NCBI GenBank assembly: GCA_964415255.1
Contig: CAYQAC010000023.1
Span: 18,430-47,004, forward strand
Origin: an uncultured Polyangiaceae bacterium
GTDB lineage: Bacteria; Myxococcota_A; Polyangia; Polyangiales; Polyangiaceae
DNA length: 28,575 nucleotides
Direction: 5' to 3'
A program made the translations under genes and the position numbers. The notes beneath the pieces were generated by a model, which searched no databases, had not been told where the DNA came from, and was given only the letters and a program-made list of their open reading frames with translations. This document shows, piece by piece, positions 18,741 through 26,095 of this stretch. Position 1 is the first letter of the stretch. The number at the start of each line of letters is the position of its first letter.

Positions 18741-18794
18741 GTGGCCTTGGGCCACGTTCGTGGCCTTCGGCCATGAAGTCGCGGCCTTTGGCCG
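18741..18794 (+). repeat. Three consecutive related mini-hairpins built on GGCC-TTN-GGCC
   Basis: The hairpins are GTGGCC-TTG-GGCCAC (18741-18755), GTGGCC-TTC-GGCCAT (18760-18774, with a terminal G-U pair) and CGGCC-TTT-GGCCG (18782-18794). The last two are each followed by TGAAG. Confidence 0.7.
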
Positions 18795-19444
18795 TGAAGC
18801 TGAGCCAGGGCGCGCCTCCTTGAGGTGGGTTTTCGGTCTGTGCCGGCGTTGCCGGTGCTGTAACGAGCCCTCCTCGCAGAGCGCGCTGGCGTGGCGCCGA
18901 CGACAGTCGACGCAGCGCCCTTCAGGGCCTTTCAAAGGGGGCCTTGGAGTCACGACGAAGCCGGTGCAGGCGCCACGACGTGTGTGACGGCCGTGTTGAC
19001 GGTGGTGAGCCACGCTGTTGGGGTTTGTGTTCGCACAGCTCTAATAGTGGGGTGGGTTCTTGCTCATGCTTCGCGTGAGGAGGAGGCCGAGCCACAGTTT
19101 CACAGCTCAGCACACCTTAGGGACTAGCCATCGAACCTCCGCCAAAGCTCGACACGCGAGCTCACCCGCTCCCCTTGAGGGTTGCCGCTTGGCCCACCAA
19201 GCGGTGGGTTGAGTGTCCTTGGTTTCCCGTGAGGGTCATCAGGGTCCGGCAGTCTTCAGGCTGTCAGCGTGTCCACTCGAGTCTTGCCCCGCCAGCGCGA
19301 ACTGCGCGAAGGCAGAGGAGAGAACCTGCATGAAGTCGTCGTGTGTCACGGCGCGCTGCGAGCGCGTCGTGGAGGTAGATGAAGGCGTTGAACGCACGCC
19401 AGAGGAGCTTGATTGCTCCCCATCAACCAGCGCACTTCCCAAAA

Positions 19445-19479
19445 GCGACCCGGGTGACCGGGTCGCTTTTGCTTTTTTG
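19445..19479 (+). terminator. Canonical Rho-independent terminator (possibly bidirectional)
   Basis: The stem is GCGACCCGG (19445-19453), the loop is GTGA, and the return stem is CCGGGTCGC (19458-19466), followed by TTTTGCTTTTTTG. An upstream CCCAAAA gives a weaker 4-U tract for the minus strand. Confidence 0.8.
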
Positions 19480-19507
19480 TCGCGCGCTTCCCAGGCGCTG
19501 CGGTCAC

Positions 19508-19684
19508 GCCTTCGATGCGTCGGTGCGCTGAGCGCTTGGCGGCGCCGAGCGCGCTACCAGGCGCAGACCTGCGCTGAGCGCGATGCGTTTGCGTGACGCT
19601 TGGCTTCGATGCGTCCGTGCGCTGAGCGCGATGCGTTTGCGTGGCGCTTGGCTTCGATGCGTCCATGCGCTGAGCGCGCTTGCC
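19508..19684. repeat. 48-bp tandem repeat, two full copies plus partial copies at both ends
   Basis: The unit is GCGCTGAGCGCGATGCGTTTGCGTGRCGCTTGGCTTCGATGCGTCCRT. Full copies are at 19571-19618 and 19619-19666 and differ at 2 positions. Partial copies are at 19508-19545 and 19667-19684. Confidence 0.85.
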
Positions 19685-19692
19685 GGCACCGC

Positions 19693-20458
19693 TCAGCTGC
19701 GCCCGACGACCTCGATGGGGGAGATGGGGAAGACGCGTGGGTCCTTGCCGCGGTCGAAGCGCACGCGGATGATGTTCCCCACCGCGACCTTGGGCATCGA
19801 CTCACTACGGACGAGCCAGGCCTCCTCGTCGCGAAACGACGCACCGCCAGCGGCTGGGGTGACGTCCACCAGGGCTAGCACCAGCGTGCCCCCCTTCACG
19901 TAGTCCACCTTGAGGACAGCCACCTTGACGAACCGCGCGCGCCCCTCGGCGCCGAAGTTGTAGACCAAGGCGGAGACGAGGTGCGGCGCGATGAAGCGAA
20001 CGAGCAGCGCCGCCGCCGCGAGGCGCCAGCAAGGCGAGCCCTAGCTCACCCTGAACGGCTCGCAGCGCAGCCCACCCAGCGCCCGCGAGCGACCCGCTGA
20101 TCAACAAGAAGACGATCAGCATCGCGCCCCATTGCATCGGCATGCGGCGCGTGAGTCGGAACAAGAGCGGCGTGATGAGCTGCTTCACGGCCTCTGAGGC
20201 CTCGGCCTGCGTCACCGCGGCGTGCTCGCTGTAGAGCGCGATGGCTTCATCCTGGCGCCCAGCGACGACGAGCTGCTTCACCTGCTCGACGATGGCGTGC
20301 GGCACCTGGTCGGCGGCGAGCCTCACGGGGCCGGGCGTCGCGGGATCGGCCACGACGCGCACGCTGGTATTGCAGTAGGCGCACAGCGCGATCTGCTGGG
20401 TGGCCTGGAGCGGCAAGGGCGCGCCGCAGTGGGGACAAGTCAGGGTGTGTGCCTGCAT
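19693..20458 (-). pseudogene. Zinc-ribbon / L7-L12-CTD-like / two-TM / beta-rich C-terminal domain membrane protein, apparently split by a frameshift near 20020-20040
   Basis: The ATG at 20458 has GAGGAG 5 nt upstream and gives MQAHTLTCPHCGAPL...CAYCNTSV (a CxxC...CxxC zinc ribbon). Next come VKQLVVAGRQDEAIALYSEHAAVTQAEASEAVKQL and a TM segment (WGAMLIVFLLISGSLAGAGWAAL), after which the frame decays into Arg/Gly junk. The frame of ORF 19693..19968 is open back to 20040 and reads WRLAAAALLVRFIAPHLVSALVYNFGAEGRARFVKVAVLKVDY..., with no ATG or GTG start before the TTG at 19968. The junction sits in a GCGGCGGCGGCG run. Confidence 0.6.
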
Positions 20459-20645
20459 GAATGCTCCTCGGCGCGACGAGGCGCTGGGTGCTCGCTGACG
20501 GTCAGTGTGACGTACTGTTTGCGGCGCCGTGGGGAACGATGCGGTGCAGCGAGGGACCGCACGGCGCTGCCACCACACCGGGCTGCCTCACGGCGCCGCG
20601 CTCGTCCAGCGCCGTGGGAAGCGATGCCTCACCGCGCGAAGGGGC

Positions 20646-20858
20646 TCACTCGCTCGGCGCGTCGGTGGGCTCGTCGCTCAGCTCGATCAGCGTGTTGAGC
20701 GCCTCGATCTGACGCTTGGCGCGGAGCTCGCGTTGGCGCACGGCCTTCAGCTCGGCGTCCAGCTTACGTTGCTCGACCTCGATGCCCTTGAGCGACTCCT
20801 TCAGCGCGTCGCGCTCGGCCCGCAGGACGTCCGCCTTCAGCTCTTGGCGATCACTCAT
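20646..20858 (-). CDS. Small (70 aa) coiled-coil protein, unknown function
   Basis: ATG start preceded by GAGGGG. It has heptad-like charged composition (ELKADVLRAERDALKESLKGIEVEQRKLDAELKAVRQRELRAKRQIEAL). It fits neatly between flanking same-strand genes. Confidence 0.5.
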   Translation of the reverse strand: MSDRQELKADVLRAERDALKESLKGIEVEQRKLDAELKAVRQRELRAKRQIEALNTLIELSDEPTDAPSE

Positions 20859-20982
20859 GGCCCCTCGCTAGCAACGCCGCCGCGGGGAGTAAAGCGCGAG
20901 GCGTAGGCACCTCCTGATGAGGCGTGGCGCGCCAAGCGCTCAAGCGCCCGCAGCTTTGCCCGGCGCGTTCAGCGCTGCGCGC

Positions 20983-21414
20983 TCAAGCGCCCCGGGGGAG
21001 GCGCGTGTCACCTAGCTTCAAGAGGGCGCGGAAGTGCTCCGCGCTGACCGGCACCACGCTGAGGCGGCTGCGACGGATCAAGAGCAGCTCGTTGAAGTCA
21101 GGGTCGGCCTTCAGTTGAGTGAGGGTGACCGGCACCTTGAAGGGGACCACCGGCTCCACGTCCACCATCGACCAGTCGCCCTCAGTCGCGGTGGGGTCTG
21201 GGTAGGCCTCGCGCGTGATCTTCATCACCCCAACCACGCTGCGCTCCTTTACCGAGTGGTAAAAAAGACCGAGGTCACCGACCCGCATCGCGCGCAGGTT
21301 GTTCCTCGCCTCGAAGTTGCGCACGCCGTCCCAGCTGCCTTGTCCTGCCTTCACGAGGTCGGCGTAAGAGTAGGCGTTGGGTTCGCTCTTCAGCAGCCAG
21401 TAGCTCTTGGCCAT
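20983..21414 (-). CDS. EVE domain-containing protein (PUA-like fold)
   Basis: 143 aa beginning MAKSYWLLKSEPNAYSYADLVKAGQGSWDGVRNFEARNNLRAMRVGDLGLFYHS. This is the hallmark N-terminal block of EVE/THYN1-like proteins. Confidence 0.9.
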   Translation of the reverse strand: MAKSYWLLKSEPNAYSYADLVKAGQGSWDGVRNFEARNNLRAMRVGDLGLFYHSVKERSVVGVMKITREAYPDPTATEGDWSMVDVEPVVPFKVPVTLTQLKADPDFNELLLIRRSRLSVVPVSAEHFRALLKLGDTRLPRGA

Positions 21415-21609
21415 GTCCTCACCAGTCAGTTAGGATTGCGAGATAGTTAGGGTGACTTACAAATGGGCCCGCGGGCTCATCGGGGGTCAATGGCCTTGGG
21501 TAGGCTCACGATGGGGTCCACGGGCTCGTTGAGGCGCAGTCATCGAGCTCAGGGCGCCGAGCGTCAAGCGCAGGGCGCGCACCGTCGGCGCCTCGGTCAG
21601 CTGTCGGCG

Positions 21610-23037
21610 TCAATCAATCCGGCTCGGTGTGCCGCCGTTCGGGCACTCCACCAGGGTGGACACCGTCGCCGCGGGCCCGGGCACTACCTGACGCCCGGTG
21701 AAGGCGATGCCGACGCTCATCGAGTCGCAGGGCGCGTCGGGGTTGAAGCCGCGCGCCTTCAGCATGTCCATATTACCACGTAGATAATCTGAGAGCAGGT
21801 TCGCCTCAGCCTGGCTGATGGTGCCGCCGCCTGGCAGCGCGCCGCCGGCGCACAGGCCCATTTGATTGAAGGCGAGCAGCATGTTTTGCTGCGTGACGGA
21901 CCCAGCCAAGAGGCCATCTTCCACTGTCCACAGGCCGTCCGCGCCGAGCCGTGGCCGCGCGACGAACACGCCCCCGTCGATTGACATCGCGAAGCCCGCT
22001 GAGTTGGCGTTGTCACCGATGAACCGCATCAGCGCGTTGTTTGGCATGTCACCCACGAGGTAGCCATCGCGCACGTAGGCATCGGGATCGTTCAGCGTGG
22101 AGTCAGGCAGCTCCCCAGGCGGCGCCGAGCCGCTCAGCATGGTCTCGTCGACCTTCCAGGGGAAGTTCGCGAGCCAGGGCGCTCGCGCCTCCCAGTCACT
22201 GCTGGGGCAGTCCCAGTCATCGAGCGCGCGGTCTAGGCCCGGCGACATGAAGAAGTCGAGCTTCACCTGGTCGTCGTTCTCGGTGCCGTTGTACCCGCTC
22301 ACCTTGATCAGGATGCTGAAGCTGCCGCGGTGGAGCTCGCAGTTGAAGGTGTCTTCGGTGATGCCGAAGGGCCGCCCTAGGTTGGGGTGCAGCGCGGCCA
22401 CGGGCTGTAGCCGCGCGAACATGTTGTCGCGGCAACCGAAACCGTCCGGTGGCACCCCGATCCCCGCGCGGCAGGCGACCTGGTTCTTGGGGGCGTCTTC
22501 GCAGTTGGGGGCGTTGGTGCAGGTGTTGTCGAGGTTGAAGCCAAAGAACTGCCAAGCGCCGACGCCGCTCGGGTGATTCACCGGCGCGGACTCACCAAAC
22601 CAGACGCGATCGATCGCGATGTAGAAGACCGGCACGTCGGCGCCGCTGGTGGGCGCGGGGCGGTCGGCTGCGGTGGGCGCTCGGTGATCGACGCAGCCCT
22701 CCGGGGTGGACGTTGACCACCAGCACGCGCCGGCCGCGCAGTCGGGGCCGGCGGCACCGGTGCCGCCGCTCCCCGCCTGACCACTGGAGCCACCGCTGCC
22801 TGCTCCGCCGTCGGTGCGCGGGTCCGGTTCCAGCAGGGCGTCCGTGTAGATGTTGCAGGAGGCGACGGCGAGCGCCGCCCCTGCGACGGCCCAGAGGGAG
22901 CGGGAGACGATGCGGGACGACACGGGTGGAAGTCTACTCTTGGTCGCGTGCGCGACTCCACCCTGACCCTCCAGCGCAGACGTTTGAGCGCTCCCCAGGT
23001 GGTCATTTTCCATGCTGAGCGGAGCCCCTAGGCGCAA
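21610..23037 (-). CDS. Cys-rich secreted protein / probable lipoprotein, unknown function
   Basis: A signal-like SRSLWAVAGAALAVASCN is followed by a Gly/Ser linker and a ~350-aa well-composed domain with many paired Cys. The true start may be the ATG at 23013 or the GTG at 22923 rather than 23037. Confidence 0.7.
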   Translation of the reverse strand: MRLGAPLSMENDHLGSAQTSALEGQGGVAHATKSRLPPVSSRIVSRSLWAVAGAALAVASCNIYTDALLEPDPRTDGGAGSGGSSGQAGSGGTGAAGPDCAAGACWWSTSTPEGCVDHRAPTAADRPAPTSGADVPVFYIAIDRVWFGESAPVNHPSGVGAWQFFGFNLDNTCTNAPNCEDAPKNQVACRAGIGVPPDGFGCRDNMFARLQPVAALHPNLGRPFGITEDTFNCELHRGSFSILIKVSGYNGTENDDQVKLDFFMSPGLDRALDDWDCPSSDWEARAPWLANFPWKVDETMLSGSAPPGELPDSTLNDPDAYVRDGYLVGDMPNNALMRFIGDNANSAGFAMSIDGGVFVARPRLGADGLWTVEDGLLAGSVTQQNMLLAFNQMGLCAGGALPGGGTISQAEANLLSDYLRGNMDMLKARGFNPDAPCDSMSVGIAFTGRQVVPGPAATVSTLVECPNGGTPSRID

Positions 23038-23117
23038 AATCCAGCGAAGCGCCGAAGTTCGGCGCTGCAGTTTGCGCGCCGCGTCCTGCGTACGGCTAAA
23101 CAGTCGCTCAAAGCTGG

Positions 23118-24527
23118 TCAGTCCAGATCGCGACCATCCAAGTCGATCAGGGTGGGGCAGTGGTCGCTCAGCTGGGTGAAGGCGGCCACCTCAGGTGCCT
23201 TGAGGCCGACCCCGCAGCTCGCCGTTTGGCACACCCCGGCCGACAAGGGAGGGCTCATCGCCTCCTGCATCGAGCGCTGGGTCGCGATGTGGTCCAGGGT
23301 GGAGGGCGCGCCCTGATAGTAGTGGGAGCACGCGGTCGGTGACAGGGTGAGGCCGGCCTGGGCGAGCTCCTGAGTCAGCGTGGCTAGTTCGTCAGAATGA
23401 CTGATGGCTGGGCGACAGCCGTCGCAGCCCATGCTGTTCATGTCGCCGAGCAGCAAGAAGTCTGGATCGCCGTGCGGCTTGGTGCGGCTCTGGAGCAGCT
23501 CGCTCAGGCGCACCAGGGACGCGCGGCGCAGGCCATAGGAGCGGGCGTCGGTGCCTGACTTCAGGTGCACCACGGTGAGCTCAAAGTCGACGCCCGAGGC
23601 GGCCACCACGCGCGCCGTGAAGCCAGGCCGCAGGCGATCCTTACATGCATTACCATGTGGATTCACATGAGCCGCGCTCACCACTTGGCTGAGCTGCGCG
23701 CGGCGCTCGTTGTACAGCGCGCCCACCCGCTGGCGCCCGTCGCTGGGGCAGTCGTCCAGGCGGAGTCGCCAGCTGCCCTGGCTGAGGCGGTTGAGCGAGC
23801 TCAGCAGCTCCTTCACCTCGCGCGACTCGGCGCCGCGGGTGAACTCTTGAACGCCGAGCACGTCTACCCCGAGCCAAGTGAGGCTGCAGGCGAGCCAACC
23901 GATGTGGGTCGGTTGTCCGCTTGCGCCGGGGGCGCCGCGCGGGAACCAGCGCAAGTTCCAGGTGCCGACGCGCAGCTGGCTAGGATCCTTCGCGAGGCGA
24001 TCGCCAGCGGCCAGCGCCGCTTCGCAGGCGGCGGGTGACGCCCAGATTGAGTCGTCTGGTATACTGTCAATCACCGCCGCTGGGCGTCCCGCCGCCACGT
24101 AGCGCGCGGTGATCCAGCCGCGCTCCCCCGTCCCCACCTCGATCTCGAGCCAGCGCTTGTCTGCGCTCCAGCGTTGGACGCGCGCCTCAGCGCCGTTCGG
24201 CGCCCGCCCTGAGACGGCGCTGCTGCCCTCACTTGGGTGCAGCGGCACCCCGAGCTTGGAGCGCGCTTGGAGGCGCACGCGCACGCGCGAGTCTGGCTTC
24301 GGTGTGGCGCTGCTTGGCTTCGCTGTGGCGCTGCCTGGCTGAGGCGGACTGGGTGTGGATGAGCTGGGTGAGCCAGGGGACGAATCGTCAGCTTTACGTC
24401 CTATCGCCGGCGAGCCACTCGGCGGCTCCGCGCGGGGTGGCTCGGGGCAGCCCACCAGCGTCAGCGTGAGCGCACCCAATGCGCACCAGCCTTGGACGCT
24501 GGAGGGGCGAGGCTTGGGTGAGCGCAT
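23118..24527 (-). CDS. Lipoprotein with a bacterial SH3-like domain and an endonuclease/exonuclease/phosphatase (EEP) domain
   Basis: The signal peptide plus lipobox is LTLTLVGCPEPP, followed by a Ser/Pro linker. The SH3b-like block is VRLQARSKLGVPLHPS...KRWLEIEVGTGERGWITARYV. EEP motifs are LRVGTWNLRWFP, DVLGVQEF, LLGDMNS and a C-terminal SDHCP. The track start at 24530 is a GTG directly before the ATG at 24527. Confidence 0.85.
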   Translation of the reverse strand: MRSPKPRPSSVQGWCALGALTLTLVGCPEPPRAEPPSGSPAIGRKADDSSPGSPSSSTPSPPQPGSATAKPSSATPKPDSRVRVRLQARSKLGVPLHPSEGSSAVSGRAPNGAEARVQRWSADKRWLEIEVGTGERGWITARYVAAGRPAAVIDSIPDDSIWASPAACEAALAAGDRLAKDPSQLRVGTWNLRWFPRGAPGASGQPTHIGWLACSLTWLGVDVLGVQEFTRGAESREVKELLSSLNRLSQGSWRLRLDDCPSDGRQRVGALYNERRAQLSQVVSAAHVNPHGNACKDRLRPGFTARVVAASGVDFELTVVHLKSGTDARSYGLRRASLVRLSELLQSRTKPHGDPDFLLLGDMNSMGCDGCRPAISHSDELATLTQELAQAGLTLSPTACSHYYQGAPSTLDHIATQRSMQEAMSPPLSAGVCQTASCGVGLKAPEVAAFTQLSDHCPTLIDLDGRDLD

Positions 24528-24589
24528 CACGCGACCGTAGCACTCAGGAGGCAGGTGACGCCGCGCCGCTGCGCGTCTATGCCCCTCGC

Positions 24590-26095
24590 GTGGCCACCGT
24601 ACATGAGCATGACGAAGCGGGCGTGCGTTGCCTCACGCTGGACAACCCTCCTTTGAATCCGCTCGCCGATGCGCTGCTCGAAGCGCTCACGGCCGCGCTC
24701 GATCGCGCCGAAGCTGACGGCGTGGAGGCGCTGGTCTTAGCCGGGGCGGGTGACACCTTCGTCGCCGGCGCGGACATCCGCCGCCTCCAGGCGCTGGCGC
24801 GCGGCGAGTCCGAAGGCGCTCCGACGCCATCGCTTGACGCTGCGCCCGAGCGCCCACGACCCGCGCTGGGTGAGCTGATCTTGCGCTTGGAGGACTGGCC
24901 GGCGCCGGTGGTCGCGGCGATTGACGGCTTCGCGCTCGGCGGCGGCTTGGAGCTGGCGCTCGGCTGTCACCACCGCGTGGCGACGGCTGAGGCGCGGCTC
25001 GGCTTGCCCGAGCTGAGCTTGGGCTTGATCCCCGGCGCCGGAGGCACTCAGCGCCTGCCGCGCTTGATTGGGCTTCAGGCCGCGCTGGAGCTGATGCTGA
25101 GCTCGCGTCAGCTCGAGGCGCCGGAGGCGCACACCCGTGGGTTGGTGGATGAGCTGACGTCGCGCGGGGAGCTGCTCACGGCGGCCGTTCAGGCGGCGCG
25201 GCGGCTGATCGGGGCGCCGCTCAGGCGGACGCGCTGGCTCGCGGATCGCCTCGAGACGGGGGAGGCGGCGCGCGCGTTGGCGCTCGCGGCGCGCGCGCAG
25301 CTCACTCGGGAGCAGCAGCTCGTGCGCTTCCCGGCCCACTGCCTCGACGCGGCGCTCACCGGCGCGCTCGAGGGGGCAGCGCGCGGCCTTGAGGTGGAGC
25401 GCGAGCGCTTCCAGGAGTGCCTGAAGGACCCCGCCGCAGGGGCGATGATCTACCTGTTCTTCGCGGCGCGCGTCGCCAAGAAGGCGGGGGTGAAGCTGCG
25501 CGGGCCGGAGGCGGCGCCGCTCTTGCGCCGGCTGTTGAAGCCGCCGGCGGAGGCGGCGGCCTGGCTCGTGTCGCGCGGGGCTTCGCCGCGCGAGGTGCAG
25601 GACGAGCTCGAGGCATTCGGGTGGTCGCTTGCGCCAGCTGGGTCGGCCAGGGAGCCCCAGTGCGGCGCCAGCGCTAGTCTAGAGAATTTCCTTGAGGAAA
25701 TGATGGGTGCACACGACGCCTCGCAGGACGCCGCGTCGGGGGCCTCGGTGGCTTCGAGCGCCTCGGGAGCCTTGAGCGCATCCAGTCAGGTTAACTGCTC
25801 AGTGCCGCGTGAGGAGTGGATCGCGCGGCTGCTGTACCCGCTCGTGAGCGAGGCCTGTCAGGCGCTGGCGGATGGCGACGCCGCGCGGGCGAGCGATCTG
25901 GATCTCGCGCTCCACCTCGGCGCTGGCTTCCCCCGGTTCCGCGGCGGCCCGCTGCGGTGGGCTGCAGCGAGCGAGCCGCTGGTCGTCCTGACGGCGCTCA
26001 CGCGCTTTCATCAAGAGACGGGCGCCGCGGTGTTTCGCCCGAGCGCAGCGCTCGAGGCGCAGGCGAAGCTCGGGCGCTGGTTCACGGGCGAGTGA
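24590..26095 (+). CDS. Enoyl-CoA hydratase/isomerase (crotonase) domain fused to a 3-hydroxyacyl-CoA dehydrogenase C-terminal-type domain
   Basis: Crotonase blocks are LVLAGAGDTFVAGADI and AAIDGFALGGGLELALGCHHRVAT...LGLPELSLGLIPGAGGTQRLPRLIG. The C-terminal IARLLYPLVSEACQALADGDAARASDLDLALHLGAGFPRFRGGPLRWA is 3HCDH_C-like. I saw no GxGxxG Rossmann motif. I chose the GTG at 24590 because the track start at 24479 overlaps the divergent gene; the start remains uncertain. Confidence 0.8.
   Translation: MATVHEHDEAGVRCLTLDNPPLNPLADALLEALTAALDRAEADGVEALVLAGAGDTFVAGADIRRLQALARGESEGAPTPSLDAAPERPRPALGELILRLEDWPAPVVAAIDGFALGGGLELALGCHHRVATAEARLGLPELSLGLIPGAGGTQRLPRLIGLQAALELMLSSRQLEAPEAHTRGLVDELTSRGELLTAAVQAARRLIGAPLRRTRWLADRLETGEAARALALAARAQLTREQQLVRFPAHCLDAALTGALEGAARGLEVERERFQECLKDPAAGAMIYLFFAARVAKKAGVKLRGPEAAPLLRRLLKPPAEAAAWLVSRGASPREVQDELEAFGWSLAPAGSAREPQCGASASLENFLEEMMGAHDASQDAASGASVASSASGALSASSQVNCSVPREEWIARLLYPLVSEACQALADGDAARASDLDLALHLGAGFPRFRGGPLRWAAASEPLVVLTALTRFHQETGAAVFRPSAALEAQAKLGRWFTGE

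Larger units (their letters stand above)
16200..19692. other. About 3.4 kb stretch with no credible protein-coding ORF in six frames (candidate origin-associated and/or large structured ncRNA region)
   Basis: The longest track ORFs here are <=153 aa. All are Arg/Gly/Ser/Pro-rich, mutually overlapping, and lack start context. Stop codons are frequent in all frames, in contrast to the flanking DNA. Confidence 0.7.

Noticed and set aside
16700-19450. Possibility that the ORF-free region is rRNA, tRNA, tmRNA, RNase P, SRP RNA, a CRISPR array, a group II intron or an IS element
   Set aside because: I looked for 16S/23S landmark strings, T-loop GGTTCGAATCC-type tRNA ends, RNase P CR-I (GAGGAAAGTCC), the SRP GGAAG loop context and a group II domain V with a reverse-transcriptase ORF. 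I also looked for regular repeat-spacer periodicity and for terminal inverted repeats with a transposase. None was found by eye. An Infernal/Rfam scan would be needed to exclude these fully.
19213-19596. 127-aa + strand ORF, including an internal ATG at 19330 with a GAGGAG 9-10 nt upstream
   Set aside because: The reading frame runs straight through the intrinsic terminator hairpin and into the 48-bp repeats, and its composition is poor. On the minus strand a short stretch reads protein-like (LLWRAFNAFIYLHDALAARR / THDDFMQVLSSAFAQFA) but only across two frames. At best this hints at an old gene fragment, not a callable feature.
20646-21414. EVE-domain protein plus small coiled-coil protein plus zinc-ribbon membrane protein as a possible defence-type module
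   Set aside because: The EVE protein is the common stand-alone housekeeping-type architecture. No nuclease, ATPase, methylase or other effector domain is adjacent. Same-strand adjacency alone is insufficient evidence.
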